A stretch of DNA of 64,000 bases from Catajapyx aquilonaris (lineage: Eukaryota), in contig JYFJ02001985.1 of the NCBI GenBank assembly GCA_000934665.2, positions 1 to 64,000 on the forward strand, in the 5' to 3' direction. The notes beneath the pieces were generated by a model, which was not told the origin of the DNA, searched no databases, and saw only the letters and a program-made list of their open reading frames with translations. Below, one piece after another: positions 62,941-64,000 of this stretch. Position numbers and translations under genes: made by a program. Positions within the stretch are counted from its first letter, which is position 1, and every line of letters begins with the position of its first letter.

Positions 62941-63278
62941 GTTTCATTGACAAAATGCTGATGCGGAGTAGGGGACATCAGAGGGGAGGGCCGGAGGGGC
63001 TCCGACGAGTATAGTACTCGCAACGTCATACTGGGAGTCTGGGACATCGATTCAAAAGTTGTGTGTACGTGCATAGGGAGTGATAGGGGAGGAGGGGGAC
63101 AGTTGAGAAGGTATCGCGAGGGAGAATGACCGACCTTTGAACGAGCGTTTTGTTTCTGACACTGCTGCAATAAAACTATGTTGAGGGGCCAACGAGGTTA
63201 TTCGCCTATACTGTCTTTGCAATACAGTGTATTATCCTGCTTGTATTATTCTAGCTGGCTTTGGTAGCGCTGATGGTC

Positions 63279-63309
<31 letters not shown>
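63279..63309. repeat. (GTT)n microsatellite
   Basis: Directly visible. Confidence 0.95.
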
Positions 63310-64000
63310 AAGAGCGAGTGGAGTATAGACTACACTTTTCCCCGCTTTTCCCTGATGAATTTCTGATTTATGATATGTGATCGTGATGATGACGATGTCT
63401 CGGACGATGTGTAGGCCTACTTTGCCGGAAAAGTACGGTAGGACTACCGGTTTGCAGGTTATTAGGCCTATGCCATGTGTCTAATATGAAGCCTATTTAT
63501 TATTGAGTTTCATCTCCACTGCACTCATAGCCCCTACTTTGCAGCCTTCCCACTCCAAGGTCCCTCTTTATTCAGTCGAGTTTTTATGCTGGCGTGTGCA
63601 AGATGATTTGGTTGAATAAACATGCTGTCGTCGATGGTGATCATTAATGATCATCTTGGGTGTGGACTTGCCCTACTTTCCCATAGATCCGCCAGACATA
63701 CGTATCCCGTAGCCTATATATCCAGTATATATCCCAGCCACGCACATATGTAGGTATTGTAAAAAGAAACGTAACGACACGGCAAATGACAAGTATTATT
63801 ACAGTTTATTATATTACAACTTAGCGCTGGCCACAATACTCTATACTGTATAAATACTAATACTAATCCAGCTCCAAGCACGGCCAATAAAATGCGCCAA
63901 ACGTCTGGTTTTAGGAAATCAATACACGCGCATCTTTCAGAAGCTCGCTCACAGTTCTCACAGCAGTACAGTACTGTACGTACACTGCACTGTCATGTTA

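Noticed and set aside
61608..62961. Long overlapping ORFs around the RBL start (206, 183 and 208 aa)
   Set aside because: Expected in GC-rich promoter DNA; only the frame starting at 62035 matches the pocket-protein family.

Overview
Eukaryotic (invertebrate, most likely arthropod) genomic DNA with spliceosomal introns; nothing prokaryotic and no CRISPR array. Eight protein-coding loci can be assembled by hand from splice signals: a secreted precursor with a 6-Cys acidic module, a furin-type site and a His/Gly-rich repeat tail (5.2-6.9 kb, +); two paralogous CUB-like single-pass membrane proteins with PPxY tails (10.6-12.0 and 19.8-21.3 kb, +) that bracket two tandem GT31 beta-1,3-galactosyltransferase-family genes (13.1-17.4 kb, -), one of them degenerate; a single-domain secreted angiotensin-converting enzyme (23.3-26.3 kb, +); a VAT-1-like MDR oxidoreductase (29.2-41.1 kb, -); and a p107/p130-type retinoblastoma-family gene (44.3-62.0 kb, -) with clustered E2F sites around its start. 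Introns and intergenic DNA carry many non-autonomous elements: mariner MITEs, a fold-back mariner derivative with an internal third TIR, Harbinger-, Kolobok-, piggyBac-, CACTA- and Sola-like MITEs, Helitron ends, and three tRNA-derived SINE families. All exon coordinates and family calls come from reading the sequence, not from database searches.
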